Shown piece by piece: positions 17,262-29,200 of a DNA stretch of 64,000 nt; position 1 is the first letter of the stretch, and the number at the start of each line of letters is the position of its first letter. Where the stretch lies: positions 96,001 through 160,000 of the forward strand of contig CAZALK010000012.1 in the NCBI GenBank assembly GCA_964486045.1, written 5' to 3'. The notes under the pieces were generated by a model that saw only the letters and a program-made list of their open reading frames with translations, searched no databases and was not told the DNA's origin. The DNA is from an uncultured archaeon (GTDB taxonomy: Archaea > Asgardarchaeota > Lokiarchaeia > Sigyniarchaeales > SOKP01). A program made the translations under genes and the position numbers.

Positions 17262-18800
17262 TTATTGTGCAATGCTCAAGTAAGGAGGTTTCATAATTCC
17301 CTCCCACGCCACGCGCTCCTTTCCGTACGGATCATCAACCACTTTAATCTCCTTTCCTAAAAACATCGTACTCCTCTTTTCAGTCTCATATTTGGGCCAC
17401 TCAGGTATCCCACTGTGAGACGGATTTCCAGTTCGGGCAAACGCAATCCATGCATCCATAATTTTTTCACTGAGTTTTTCCGCATCTTCACCTTTACCTG
17501 AAAATAGATTCCAACCTGGTTCCTCCAACATTCCAAATACAAAGGGTATTTCTGTAATGTGACATGCTCCGAGATTCGCACCCATAAAGGGAGATGGCCA
17601 CGTAAACAAATACATGTAAGTATTGGAATTTTGTACTGATTGAACCTCTGCCGTTCGAATTGCAGAAATACGAAATTCAAGATCGGTGGAAAAAGCATCG
17701 AGGACCTCCTGAGCAGAAAGAGATCCTTCATCCTTCCTTGTTTCTCTATATGACGTTATGAGGCGTTCTGCTTTATCTCCGTTTTCACCGAGGGATGTCA
17801 CAATATTTTTTATCCTATTATGCATCATTTCTTCATCTGCTTCTTTGAAGTTGGGATTAAATGTTTTCCATATCGTGGATTCATTCAAATTTGTTCCAAC
17901 TAGCAGATCAACTCCTGCTGCGGTGCCCTTACGAATTAAATCCAGGGGGTGTTCGGGAATATGTTCACCATCAATGAAAGGAGCGATTGAAAAAGGCCAA
18001 GGTTTTATTGCTCCATTTTCTAACGAAATTTTTGATTGAGCATTTACGAGCTCGTAAGCAGAAATTTTCCGGAGCTCTTCGATATCACTCTTTTCAATCC
18101 CTACTTCTGAAATTACACGCTCAGTTATATCTTTACCCTCAGAAGCCCTATAACTTACAGGATTGCATGCACCGCTTTGAGCAATTACATGGTGAAATAA
18201 ACCCTTAGCTTCAGGCATAACTAACAGTGTTGAAACTGCCATACCACCTGCACTTTCACCAAAGATTGTAACATTGTCAGCATCCCCTCCGAAATTCTCG
18301 ATGTTATCGCGAATCCATTTTAAAGCCGTAATTTGATCAAGCATTCCTACGTTTGAAGTGACACCTGGTATAAAAGAGAAACCCAGAGAATTTAATCTGT
18401 AGTTTATTGTAACTACTACCACATTTCCCCTTTTAACTAAGGATGTACCATCGTATATTCGTCCGCTACCAGTATTAAACCCACCACCATGGATCCAAAC
18501 CATTACAGGTCGTTTATTCTGATCGGGGGAAGGTGTCCAAATATTCAAGTTAAGACAATCAGGTTCACTTTGCGGGTTTTGGGGAAATAACAATACAGGA
18601 GGGATCATTTGAGGACACACAGGTCCAAATTCTGTGGCATAAAATACTCCCGGAAATCGCGTTGCGGGAATTGGGGGTTTAAAACGCAAATCCCCCACCA
18701 GTCTTTTGGTATAAGGTATTCCTTTAAATATTTCTATACCCTCATCTTTAATACCTTGAATTTTTCCCGCTTTTGTTTCAATAATTTCGGTTCTTACCAT
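17262..18800 (-). CDS. Type B carboxylesterase (p-nitrobenzyl esterase-like)
   Basis: FKGIPY, DCLNLNIW, WIHGGG, FGESAGG catalytic Ser, GACHITE His. Confidence 0.93.
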   Translation of the reverse strand: MVRTEIIETKAGKIQGIKDEGIEIFKGIPYTKRLVGDLRFKPPIPATRFPGVFYATEFGPVCPQMIPPVLLFPQNPQSEPDCLNLNIWTPSPDQNKRPVMVWIHGGGFNTGSGRIYDGTSLVKRGNVVVVTINYRLNSLGFSFIPGVTSNVGMLDQITALKWIRDNIENFGGDADNVTIFGESAGGMAVSTLLVMPEAKGLFHHVIAQSGACNPVSYRASEGKDITERVISEVGIEKSDIEELRKISAYELVNAQSKISLENGAIKPWPFSIAPFIDGEHIPEHPLDLIRKGTAAGVDLLVGTNLNESTIWKTFNPNFKEADEEMMHNRIKNIVTSLGENGDKAERLITSYRETRKDEGSLSAQEVLDAFSTDLEFRISAIRTAEVQSVQNSNTYMYLFTWPSPFMGANLGACHITEIPFVFGMLEEPGWNLFSGKGEDAEKLSEKIMDAWIAFARTGNPSHSGIPEWPKYETEKRSTMFLGKEIKVVDDPYGKERVAWEGIMKPPYLSIAQ

Positions 18801-18917
18801 ATTTTTTTCATCTCACTTATTTGGTTATCTTAACTTTTTTTTACAATAGAGATATAATTTTTATTATTATTTCAATTTTATTTCTTCATTCGATTATGTA
18901 TTTAAACTCTGAGTATC

Positions 18918-19679
18918 TTAATGAAGAACAACTCCACCACATATACTTACAATTTGACCAGTCATGTAGTTTGACTCATCCGATACCAAGTAAGAAATCA
19001 GACCTATTACATCTTCAGCAGTTCCTACTCTTTGTAAAAGCGGTTTCATATTTATCATATTCCAAAAATTTTGAATTAAGTTTGGATCATTCTTGTATAT
19101 TGGTGTGATGTGATATCCTGGACAAATAGCATTTGCAGTTATCATGGGTGCAAGTTCTTTTGCCAACACTTTAGTTAAAGAGATCATTGCCGCTTTACTA
19201 CAGCTATATATTCCAATACCAGGCATTGGTTCTAATCCAGCAATTGAAGACACGTTAATAATTTTTCCCCTTAAGGGTTTTAAATCCGTCTGTTCTATCA
19301 TAAATTTTGCAGCATACTTTGATACTAACCATGCTCCTTTAAAGTTTATATCCATTATTTTCTGCATGTCTTCTTCCGTTTTATTAAGAATTGAGGTAGC
19401 CCCTCTACTAATTCCGGCGTTATTAATAACTCCATAAAGTCCATTTAGCTCGTTTACAATTTCTGAAATCATTGATTCAACAAATTTTGAACTTGATACG
19501 TCTCCTACTTTAATTAAAGTTTTGATGTTGAACTTTTTTAACAGTTGATCAGTTTCAACTAATTTACTCTCAGTTCTACCGTTTAAAATGATGTTATATC
19601 CATCTTCAGCTAATCTTATGGCCATTGCTTTACCTAGACCAGAACCGGAACCTGTTATTAAAACATTTTTACTATCCAC
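18918..19679 (-). CDS. Short-chain dehydrogenase/reductase (FabG-like)
   Basis: TGSGSGLG, NNAG, YSCSK, NAICPG. Confidence 0.93.
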   Translation of the reverse strand: MDSKNVLITGSGSGLGKAMAIRLAEDGYNIILNGRTESKLVETDQLLKKFNIKTLIKVGDVSSSKFVESMISEIVNELNGLYGVINNAGISRGATSILNKTEEDMQKIMDINFKGAWLVSKYAAKFMIEQTDLKPLRGKIINVSSIAGLEPMPGIGIYSCSKAAMISLTKVLAKELAPMITANAICPGYHITPIYKNDPNLIQNFWNMINMKPLLQRVGTAEDVIGLISYLVSDESNYMTGQIVSICGGVVLH

Positions 19680-19862
19680 TTTTTTACGCCTCTTTACAAA
19701 ATAGAATTAATTAGAAATATTTGATTTTAATTAAAAATCTTATTTCCTTTTTTAATTATACAGTTCTTTATAAATCAATATGAAGATTAACAAAAAATAA
19801 AAGATTAAAATAGGTTAACGATTAATACCAACTAAATAATTAAATAATCAAAGTGGAAAAAG

Positions 19863-20786
19863 ATGCCTTATTTTGAAAAGGAAAACTTAAAATTATATTA
19901 TGAGGATGTCGGTGAGGGAGAAGCAATTATATCTAACCATGGGTTATCTGAGGATGGGAATTATTGGAGCGAAACTGGTGTTACAAAGGAATTATCAAAA
20001 AAATATAGATTTATTTCAATGGATATGAGGGGTCATGGTCGTACCATTGTAAGAGAACCTCCCTATGGATATGACCCAGATACTATGGCAAGCGATTTTG
20101 ATGCGCTTGCTGATTTTTTAGGTCTTGATAAATTTCACATTTTAACTCACGCTACTGGCGGGATGGTGGGTGCACGTTATGGTATGATCCGATCCGAACG
20201 TCTTATTAGCCTAATGCTAACTGACACTAGTTCAAACACACGCATAGAAATTCCCGATTATCGAGAGTTTACAGATGAAGAGAAAGCAATAAGAGATCAA
20301 AGAACTAAGGCTTGGGAAGAAGCCAAAGGGGAAGATAGACAAAAAATGATAGATTCATGGAAGGCAACTGTATCAAAGATTACAATTGAGCAAAGGATGG
20401 ATGGAATCAGACAAGAACCAGGACCCTATTTATTCAAAATGGCAGAGAATCCGGAAAGTGAAAGGATGCTGAAGATTTACGAAGGGTTCTTACGACGGCA
20501 AAATGTTGAAACAATTATTGACTTTCAAACAAGTTTTTATACAGATCCTGATCCTAGAATTGAACAGCTCCAACAGTTCAAATGCCCTACGCTGGTATTA
20601 TTAGGAGAGTTTGATGTTGTATTTTTAGAACCAAGTGAGATAATGGCAAGGGAGATACCTGACGTAAAGCATGTAATAATGCCAGGTCTTGGCCATATGA
20701 CTGCTATTGAAGATTCTGAAGGATTTATAAAAGAAATATTAGATTTCCTTGAAACAGTTGAACAAACTGGAAAAGCTAATAAATAA
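19863..20786 (+). CDS. Alpha/beta-hydrolase-fold protein with Ala at the nucleophile position
   Basis: HG oxyanion, DMRGHGRT, elbow THATGG, GEFD acid, GHM His. Confidence 0.85.
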   Translation: MPYFEKENLKLYYEDVGEGEAIISNHGLSEDGNYWSETGVTKELSKKYRFISMDMRGHGRTIVREPPYGYDPDTMASDFDALADFLGLDKFHILTHATGGMVGARYGMIRSERLISLMLTDTSSNTRIEIPDYREFTDEEKAIRDQRTKAWEEAKGEDRQKMIDSWKATVSKITIEQRMDGIRQEPGPYLFKMAENPESERMLKIYEGFLRRQNVETIIDFQTSFYTDPDPRIEQLQQFKCPTLVLLGEFDVVFLEPSEIMAREIPDVKHVIMPGLGHMTAIEDSEGFIKEILDFLETVEQTGKANK

Positions 20787-20958
20787 ATTAAATTATAATA
20801 TTTTACATTTCATCTTTTTTATTTTAGTCTTCTTTTTAATCTTTCCAAGTGTACAATTAGATTAAGATTTATAATTGTCTTATTTTCATAGACGAAATTG
20901 TAAGTTATATTTATCATTTTCGGAAAAATTATTTTTTATCCTATATTTTTAAAATTGA

Positions 20959-21963
20959 ATGAAAGAAGTATATCAAGGAATATTTTTAATTGAGGAAAAG
21001 GGGAGATTCAACCCTTCAGATAACATATATGTGATAGCCGGAAATGATGGTTTAATTTATGACGCGGGATATGGATCTAAAAAAGCATTAAAGTTATTTT
21101 TAAAAGAATTCGAAGAGATACAGAACTATTATAAGAAACAAAATAAAGACTTTAAAGTCACCCGAATAATCGTTAGCCATGGCCACTCAGACCATTTTAG
21201 CGGAGTCAGGTTTATAAGAGAAGACTTGGGCTTAAAAATTATTTTGACTGAGAAAATTGCTAAAACTATAAAAGATAAAGTAAGTTTTGAGGCTAATTTT
21301 CGAGGTGATGATTATGAAGATTATTTAAGAGTTAGAAAAAAGTCAGTACGAAAAATATGGAATTTACTTCGTCGTCTTGGTATGCGTTTGTTTTTTAGTA
21401 GAGTTCATGGTCTTTCTTATTTAGATCATCCTGATGAAATTATTGATGAAAATTCAGTTATAGTAATCAATGGTGAACGTTGGAAAATATTTCCGTCTCC
21501 AGGACACTCCCCTGAACACATTTCTCTCTATAGTGAGGAAAAGGGGATCCTTTTGGCTGGGGACAATGTCTTAAAGATGCGATCAACTTGGCTTGGACCC
21601 CCTGAGTCTAATATCACAGATTATATTGAAACTATTAAAAAATTACAGAATTTACCAAATTTAAAACTAATTCTTCCAGCCCACGGGGAAATTATTGAAA
21701 ACGCAAAGGAAACTCTTTCTGCAATCTTGGGGCGGATGGATGAACGAAAAAGACAAGTATTGGATGCTATTAGGAATTACTCAGATAAAGGGGTATCTCC
21801 AGATGACATCCTTAATCTTGTTTATCCTAAAAGTAAAAAATTTACACGAATTATTGGTCGTGATTGGGTAGTCTTAACATTGAAAATGTTAGAAAGTCAA
21901 AAACTAATTAAACGAGAGATAAAAAAAAATAAAATATTGTTTTTCCCTTTCAGAACTAATTAA
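20959..21963 (+). CDS. Metallo-beta-lactamase-fold hydrolase with C-terminal winged helix
   Basis: SHGHSDH, PGHSPEH, AGD, PAHG. Confidence 0.88.
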   Translation: MKEVYQGIFLIEEKGRFNPSDNIYVIAGNDGLIYDAGYGSKKALKLFLKEFEEIQNYYKKQNKDFKVTRIIVSHGHSDHFSGVRFIREDLGLKIILTEKIAKTIKDKVSFEANFRGDDYEDYLRVRKKSVRKIWNLLRRLGMRLFFSRVHGLSYLDHPDEIIDENSVIVINGERWKIFPSPGHSPEHISLYSEEKGILLAGDNVLKMRSTWLGPPESNITDYIETIKKLQNLPNLKLILPAHGEIIENAKETLSAILGRMDERKRQVLDAIRNYSDKGVSPDDILNLVYPKSKKFTRIIGRDWVVLTLKMLESQKLIKREIKKNKILFFPFRTN

Positions 21964-22843
21964 CCTTGGTTGTGAATTTATTTCTTTTTGTTATATAAAG
22001 TGCTATACTTAAAATTATTGCGATACTTGCCGGTATTGTAATTAACAAATGGTATCCAAATATAGATTCTTCTGCTCCATTACTCAAAATAAATGTTAGG
22101 AGGGACGCTTTATCATAGGTAATCTCACAGTTCTTTAGTACTCCATTGTCATTATAAGATATTGTTATTTCAATTTCTTTATGGATTTCATTAAAAGCGC
22201 CTTCGGGGTTATTATAAATAAATCCATTTTCAATTTCAGTTAGCGTAATATTTCCATTGATCATTCCAGAAATTTGGTCTACTAATTCTTGAAAATCTGA
22301 AATTAATTTAGTCCAATTCAAATTATTTGCGATGAAAATAAGTGAGAAATTATAAAATCCCTGTGGTATATTTATGATACCATATAACCCATAATTAAGC
22401 GTCGGAACAATCAATAAATCTGTCTCATTTGCTAAAACGATAATAGATAATTCGGAAGTTATTAAATCACCCAATCCTGGAATATTTATTGTAAATGATA
22501 CATTCACTTCTTTATAATAATAATCCTCATCACCATATATTGATCCAAGATACTCATCGCTTATCGAAAGAATCGTTGCTTTAAAATTAATTTTTGGATA
22601 CACTCCATAAGAAAACAGGTTTTCAATGATGGGAAAAGATATATTTATTAAATCCAATTTATCTTCCATATCAGTGTTAAATTCATTAAGAGTACTTTGG
22701 TCTATTGAAAGAACCCATGAATAATTTTCTCCAACGTTCACTCCAACATATTCATTAGGAATAGCAGTTGCAAAATGTATTGATGTCGATAATAACAGAC
22801 CCAATAAACAAATCATCAATTTATTAATTTTCGATAATTTCAT
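21956..22843 (-). CDS. Secreted/surface protein with C-terminal Loki-CTERM-like anchor, paralog A
   Basis: Signal peptide, YVGVNVGE, C-terminal ESIFGY then TM then basic tail. Confidence 0.7.
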   Translation of the reverse strand: MKLSKINKLMICLLGLLLSTSIHFATAIPNEYVGVNVGENYSWVLSIDQSTLNEFNTDMEDKLDLINISFPIIENLFSYGVYPKINFKATILSISDEYLGSIYGDEDYYYKEVNVSFTINIPGLGDLITSELSIIVLANETDLLIVPTLNYGLYGIINIPQGFYNFSLIFIANNLNWTKLISDFQELVDQISGMINGNITLTEIENGFIYNNPEGAFNEIHKEIEITISYNDNGVLKNCEITYDKASLLTFILSNGAEESIFGYHLLITIPASIAIILSIALYITKRNKFTTKVN

Positions 22844-22891
22844 CTATTTTTCAACCAAATATGGAATTTTGTTTTTTCCTCTCGGATTTAA

Positions 22892-23794
22892 TTAACATTG
22901 GTAAGGGGTTCCCTTTTTTTTCTTGATATAAAATACTATACTTAACATTAGTGCGGTGCTAGTAAATATTGTAATTAAGAGAATATATCCACTTATAGAT
23001 TCTTCTGCACTAATACTTAAAATAAATGTTAGGAGGGTTGTCTTATCATAAGTAATCTCACAGCTTTTAAGCACTCCTTTATCATTATAAGATGTTGTTA
23101 TTTCAATTTCTTTGTGTGTTTCATTAAAAGCTCCTTCGGGAGTTTTAAAAATAACTCCATTGTCAATTTCGACTGCCGTAATATTTTCACTGGTTAGTAC
23201 AGATATTTGGGATAATAATTCTTGAAAATCTGAAACTACCTTAGACCAATTCAAATTGTTAGCTATGAAAAAGTATGAGAAATTATTTAATCCTGGGGGT
23301 ATTGCTATGATGTCAAGTAATCCATAATTAATTATATGAATAATCCAATAATCTGTTCCATTAGCTAAAACTTTAACAGACAATTCAGTGGCTAACAAAT
23401 CTCCTAATCCCGGAATATTGATTCCAAATGATACATTCACATCTTTATAATAATAATCTACTTCTGCAGGCCCACCTCCATAATTGTAAGTTGAACCAAT
23501 ATGCTCATCGCTTATTGAAAGAATTTCTGCCTTGAAATTAATTTTCGGGTTCACTCCATAGGAGAAAAGGGTTTCTACGAGGGGGAAATATGGATATATT
23601 AAATTTAATTTCTCTTCCATATCAGTATTAAATTTATTAAGTGTAGTTTGGTCTATTGAAAGAACCCATGAATATTCTTCTCCTACATTTACTCCTACAT
23701 ATTCATCTGGAACAGCAGTAACAAAATGCATTGAGGTTGATAACAATATACCAAATAAACAAATAATTAGTTTATTAATTTTCGATAGTTTCAT
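22892..23794 (-). CDS. Secreted/surface protein with C-terminal Loki-CTERM-like anchor, paralog B
   Basis: Close tandem paralog of 21956..22843, ending ESISGY then TM then KKKK. Confidence 0.7.
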   Translation of the reverse strand: MKLSKINKLIICLFGILLSTSMHFVTAVPDEYVGVNVGEEYSWVLSIDQTTLNKFNTDMEEKLNLIYPYFPLVETLFSYGVNPKINFKAEILSISDEHIGSTYNYGGGPAEVDYYYKDVNVSFGINIPGLGDLLATELSVKVLANGTDYWIIHIINYGLLDIIAIPPGLNNFSYFFIANNLNWSKVVSDFQELLSQISVLTSENITAVEIDNGVIFKTPEGAFNETHKEIEITTSYNDKGVLKSCEITYDKTTLLTFILSISAEESISGYILLITIFTSTALMLSIVFYIKKKKGTPYQC

Positions 23795-23991
23795 TTATAA
23801 TTCAACTAAATGTGGAATTTTGTTTTTTGTTATAATTAATTGGGATACAACCTATTTAAAAGCTATTAAATTAGAGGATATTAAGCTACTGATAAGATAC
23901 CTATAAAAGTAATAGCTATTTATTTAACTTCTATATTACTAAGGATTTATTAACTTATTTCTAAATTGATAAGTGAATTAAATTAGTTTAA

Positions 23992-26202
23992 ATGAACTTA
24001 AAATCTTACACCGATATAATAATTAAAAGGAAAAAACCTCTTCCTCTCCATAACATGCAAGTGGAATCAAAAAAATATTACAATGGTCCGTATATAAAAA
24101 AAGATACTGTTTTTTATCGACATTATCAAGAAAATATTGTAAATAGTTGTACAAATAAAAATTCTTTAGTTGTATTACCCACTGGTTTAGGAAAAACTAT
24201 TATTGGAATTTTACTAATTTCACGTGCTCTCAAAAAGTATTCGAAGGGAAAAATAATTGTGCTTGCTCCTACAAGGCCATTAGTTAATCAACATAAAAGT
24301 TCTTGTGAAAAGTTCCTAGATATTGAGACTGAAAAAATCGTATCTTTCACAGGAAAGATATCCCCTGAGAAAAGAATCTATTTATTCAAAAATTCAAATG
24401 TAATCGTATCTACTCCGCAAGTAATTAATAACGATTTAACCAGAGGTCGTTATGACTTAACACGAGTCTCATTAATTATATTTGATGAGGCTCACAAGAC
24501 AAAAGGAAGATATTCTTACAATTTCATTTCAAAAGAGTATAGTAAGACGTGCAATGATCCTTTGATTTTAGGATTGACAGCTTCACCAGGAAAGGATTTT
24601 GAACATATACAAGAAATCTGTGATAATTTACTAATAGAAAATATTGTGTTTAGAGGTTATGAAGATGAAGATGTAGTCAAATATATTCATGAAATAGATA
24701 CTTTTATAAATTTGGTAGATCTACCAATAAAGGTTTTGGAATTAACCCAAATTTGGCAAAATCTCTTTCAAAACTTTTTAAGCTTCTTTATAGACAGAAA
24801 ATTAATTAATCCATTCAAGAAATACTACTCAAAATTAGATTTTTTGAGAATCTCTCATGATCTAACAGTATCAATAAGATATGAACAGGGTTACGAATTA
24901 GAAGATGAATATATGGATTGCTTATTTTATCAGGAGCCAAAGATTATAGACATTATCAAAGATAAAGATATTGATATACATTCAGTTTATTCATATTGTT
25001 CAAGTTGTGTCTCTCTTCTTCATGCAAAAGATTTAATTGAAACCCAAAATATTTCACTTTTTATTTCTTTTTTGGAAAGGATTAAATACAAAGCTGAAGA
25101 GGGGATCCTCTCTGCAAAAAGAATTGTAAATTCCAAGCATTTCAAATTAATAAATTCAATGATTGAAAAAGAAAATACACAAAATTTAACTCACCCTAAA
25201 ATAAACAAGATTATCTCAATCATTCGAGAAGAAAAGGAAGAATATAGTAATAAGAAAATAATAATTTTCACACAATTTAGAGAAATGGCCGAATTTTTAA
25301 AGATTAAATTGAAAAACGAATTTCAAGATCATTTAATAATTGAGAAGTTTATTGGTCAGTCTTCTAAAATAGATGATATTGGGTTTTCCCAAAACGTACA
25401 AGGAGAAATTCTTCAAAAATTCAGAAATGATAAAATTAATATTCTAATAGCAACAAGCGTTGCTGAAGAAGGGATTGATATCCCAAATGTAGACGCGGTT
25501 ATATTCTACGAACCTGTTCCCTCTGAGATAAGATTAATTCAAAGGCGAGGAAGAACAGGTAGAACTGCCCCTGGAAGGTGTTATATTTTAGTAACCGAAG
25601 ATACTGTTGATATTCCATTTTATCATGTTGCTAGGAGAAAAGAAAACTTAATGAAATCTATTCTAACCGATTATGACCAAATAAAGTTGAATGAAAACCT
25701 GGAACGCAAATCAATTACTTTTTCAGTGTCTGAGATAAATGAATGTGCAAATATAGATCTCGTTAAAAATTTTAAGGAAAGAAGAGAACGAGAAAAAGAA
25801 TTATTGGCAGACCGTTCGATTGAGGATATTCTTAGCCAATTAGATAATTTTTGCAAAAGTGAGGAATATGAAAAAATTAAGGAATCAGGAGTGACTTTTT
25901 ATTCGGATCTATTACAATTAGATCTGTCAAATTTGAGAAATAAGATATCAAAAATAAAAGGGAGGAAAAAAATGCATCAAGAAAAAAGAAAGATATACCT
26001 AAACAAAAATGTAAAAGCTATTATTAATTTAGTAAAGACTTATGGAGAAAATGGTAAACTAGATTTTAAAAAATTACAGCATCTTGCTAAAGAGGAAGAA
26101 ATAGTAGATCGGAAATTCTTTATTCATTTTAACCAAGCTTGCTTTCAAGGATACCTTAAAAAGCACATGGATAGTGTTCAATTTATTATGGATTATGATT
26201 AG
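23992..26202 (+). CDS. Hef/FANCM-like SF2 helicase (no evident ERCC4 nuclease domain)
   Basis: LPTGLGKT, APTRPLVNQH, DEAH, GLTASPG, ATSVAEEGIDIP, QRRGRTGR. Confidence 0.88.
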   Translation: MNLKSYTDIIIKRKKPLPLHNMQVESKKYYNGPYIKKDTVFYRHYQENIVNSCTNKNSLVVLPTGLGKTIIGILLISRALKKYSKGKIIVLAPTRPLVNQHKSSCEKFLDIETEKIVSFTGKISPEKRIYLFKNSNVIVSTPQVINNDLTRGRYDLTRVSLIIFDEAHKTKGRYSYNFISKEYSKTCNDPLILGLTASPGKDFEHIQEICDNLLIENIVFRGYEDEDVVKYIHEIDTFINLVDLPIKVLELTQIWQNLFQNFLSFFIDRKLINPFKKYYSKLDFLRISHDLTVSIRYEQGYELEDEYMDCLFYQEPKIIDIIKDKDIDIHSVYSYCSSCVSLLHAKDLIETQNISLFISFLERIKYKAEEGILSAKRIVNSKHFKLINSMIEKENTQNLTHPKINKIISIIREEKEEYSNKKIIIFTQFREMAEFLKIKLKNEFQDHLIIEKFIGQSSKIDDIGFSQNVQGEILQKFRNDKINILIATSVAEEGIDIPNVDAVIFYEPVPSEIRLIQRRGRTGRTAPGRCYILVTEDTVDIPFYHVARRKENLMKSILTDYDQIKLNENLERKSITFSVSEINECANIDLVKNFKERREREKELLADRSIEDILSQLDNFCKSEEYEKIKESGVTFYSDLLQLDLSNLRNKISKIKGRKKMHQEKRKIYLNKNVKAIINLVKTYGENGKLDFKKLQHLAKEEEIVDRKFFIHFNQACFQGYLKKHMDSVQFIMDYD

Positions 26203-26225
26203 TCTTTTACTTTTTTAACCAATAA

Positions 26226-29200
26226 TCAATTAATTTTTTCTTCTTTTTTTCTTATCAAATAATAACCCAAAATTATCATCGTTATTATTATCGGTAATGC
26301 AAGTGCAACAGGATTGTTTCCGCTAATAAGGAAGAAATAATATGAGATTGCGACAATTGAGGAAAAGAAAGCAATTATACTACCGTATTGAACTGCAAAA
26401 TTTCTCAAATTATGTCTAAGCATCTGCAATTTATAATTTGTACTCTTTATAACTTCTAATTCAGTCTCGTCCAATTCATCCAATATGTCAGGATTTTCAA
26501 AATAAATATAGAATCGAGGGTCATATTTCCCTTTTAGCTTTCCGGTACTAATTAGGAATAATAAATGGTCTTGAATATTTTGTTTCTTAATCTTTAATTC
26601 ATTATTTAAGAAGCTAATTGTTAAAAATTCATTAGCTACAGCTTTTATGGTCATAGTGATATACTCTTGTAAAATTAATCGTTCCAATGATTTTACTTTT
26701 TCACTCAAAATCTCTGTGAATTCAATTAAAAATTTCTCAAAATCCTCTAATACAAATTTTGAAATTTGACGAAAGTTTTTTGATTGTCTTTTGTATTCCC
26801 TTACCATCGTATTTGCTGCTTTGTTAATCTCTTTAATCTCAGATTCAATATTTTTTGCTCTCTTTTGAATTAAAATATTTATCTTTTTAAATTCCTTGAT
26901 TTCAATATTATCCTCTACCTTTCTCTCAAGATTTCCTAGTAGTAGGCTTAGTTTAATTTTATTACTGTTTATAAAATCTATTAACTTTCCACGAAAAGAT
27001 TCATTTTTCATAGTTTCTATTTGATCATTAATTTTTTCAGCCTTCTTGTTGAATTCCTCCTGAAAATCATTTTTTTTCCTCACAAATATCTCTCTTATCT
27101 CTGGAATCAATTTCCTGGAATCCCCAGATTTATTAGATATTTTCTTTATTTCATTTTCTACTTTTTCTTGTATTTGTCGTGATCTTTCCTTGAATTCCTG
27201 CCTTTTGTTTTCAAACAACTCTTGATTCTCTAAATAGGAGTCATTTTCTTCAGAATCTTTAACAAATCTATTGTAATATTCTTTTACTTCAATTTTCAGT
27301 GTATTGTATTGTTGATCTACAAAATTCTGCATCGAATTAAAAAGATCTAAAGAATGTTCTATAATATTTATGGCATTTTTGTCATTTTCTAAGATTGAAT
27401 CAAAATAAATTTTTGTACTGAGGAATTCTTTCCGTTCCTGATTTATTTGAAGTTCATTGATTTTATCATAGAATTTCTTTGGGATAATTTCATTAAAACC
27501 TTTTAAATCCTTAATTCTATTTTGAAGTTCTAACATATTTGTCTTTAAAGTCAAATTTCTAATACTTGAGTCATAGAGCGCAAGTATGTTCCCAACTCTT
27601 TCTCGGTTTGATTTTAATAAATGATTATCAACGTAGTTTCTTAAATCTTTATTTAAATAATAAAATTCGGTATGAATTAGAACTGATTTATCATTTTCAT
27701 TCAATTCAGCAGATACTTTAGAGATTCCTATCATATTTTTCAATCTTTTAATTAAAATCTTGCAAGAGAGTTTTAAATCATCTCTTAAATCGACAAGTTT
27801 AATATTATTAGTTTTTTTCTCGATTGCCATTATATTTATTCTATTTGAAATAACAATATCAATAAACTCGTATTTTAACTCAGAAATTTCATTGATGAAA
27901 AAATCAGCGAATTTTTCCCATTGCAGGATAGTCATATTTGATTTTTCCTTAAAGTTTTCAATGCTTTTAGTGCAACTATTAAATTTCTTTAAAAATAATT
28001 TATTTGTTTTGTTAAAATTAGATTTAATTATATCAAATTCCTTACTTATCTGCTCAATTTGTAAATTTTTTGACTGATCAAATCTAGTTTTAATTTTTGA
28101 TAATTCATTTTTTAATTTAAGCGCCTCCTGGGTCACGAAATTATCAAAGTCTTGTACTTTAGTTTTATTTCTCTCCTCTGTAACCTTATCCTTTAAAGAT
28201 TGCGCTTGTTTGGCTATTGATTCAATAATCCTTGATTCTGAATTATCTAGATTGTCCTGCAGATGTTTAAATAATAAATAAAGTCCCTGTTTTTCATTGA
28301 TCTCATCTTTAACAACCGATTGGAGATTTTTAATCTCCTTTAGTTCAGCATTCAGTAAGATATCGGATTCTTTTCTAATGATTTCAAAAGCCTTTTGAAA
28401 TTGATTTGTTGAGATCTTACTCTTAGTATTTTCCCCAATCTTAGAAATCTCGTTATTTGATTTAACATTAAATACCTCTATTTTGTTTAAAATCTCTTTA
28501 AAAAACTGGAATCCCTCATTATAAAATTTATACTCGTTTTCAAATTTCTCTTTAATCCTTACCCAATTTTCTATTATTTTCCTATGCTTATCAACAATTT
28601 CTACTTCTCTTGTTGTAATTTGTTGGGAGATATTATAGATAATTTTATCGTATTTGCTTATATCTTCGATAATTTGATTCAAATGTTGGATAATAAAAGA
28701 AAATTTATTACTATCATATTCTCTCTCAAGATTCTCACTGAAAATTTTCTTAAAAGAGTTTACCTTTTTGTCCAAGTCTTCTTCAATTAAGCCAAGTCTT
28801 TCCATTAAATTTTCTAATAGTCTATTTAAATTTCTTATTTTCTCTTTCTCTTGTATTTTACCTTTAAGATTTGAATCAACCTCGACTAAATTATGATGTA
28901 AAACTGAATATCCTTTATTCCATTTAGCGATTTCAGTACTTAAAGTAGTTTTAATATTAATATAGTATAAATCTTCATTAAATGAATTTTCAATATTTTC
29001 ATTCAAGAAATCAGCTTCCATTACAGCACTTCTTATTATAAATTTTAATCTTTCCTTTGCGTAATCAACTTCATTAATTAAGAGATAACTGTTAATTTCT
29101 TCTTTTATTTGTTTTCCTATATTCTTTAATTTTAAGTTAACATTATAGATATCATTCCTGATATCTTCTAATTTCTCTTTTTCCTCAAGAATCCTCTCCA

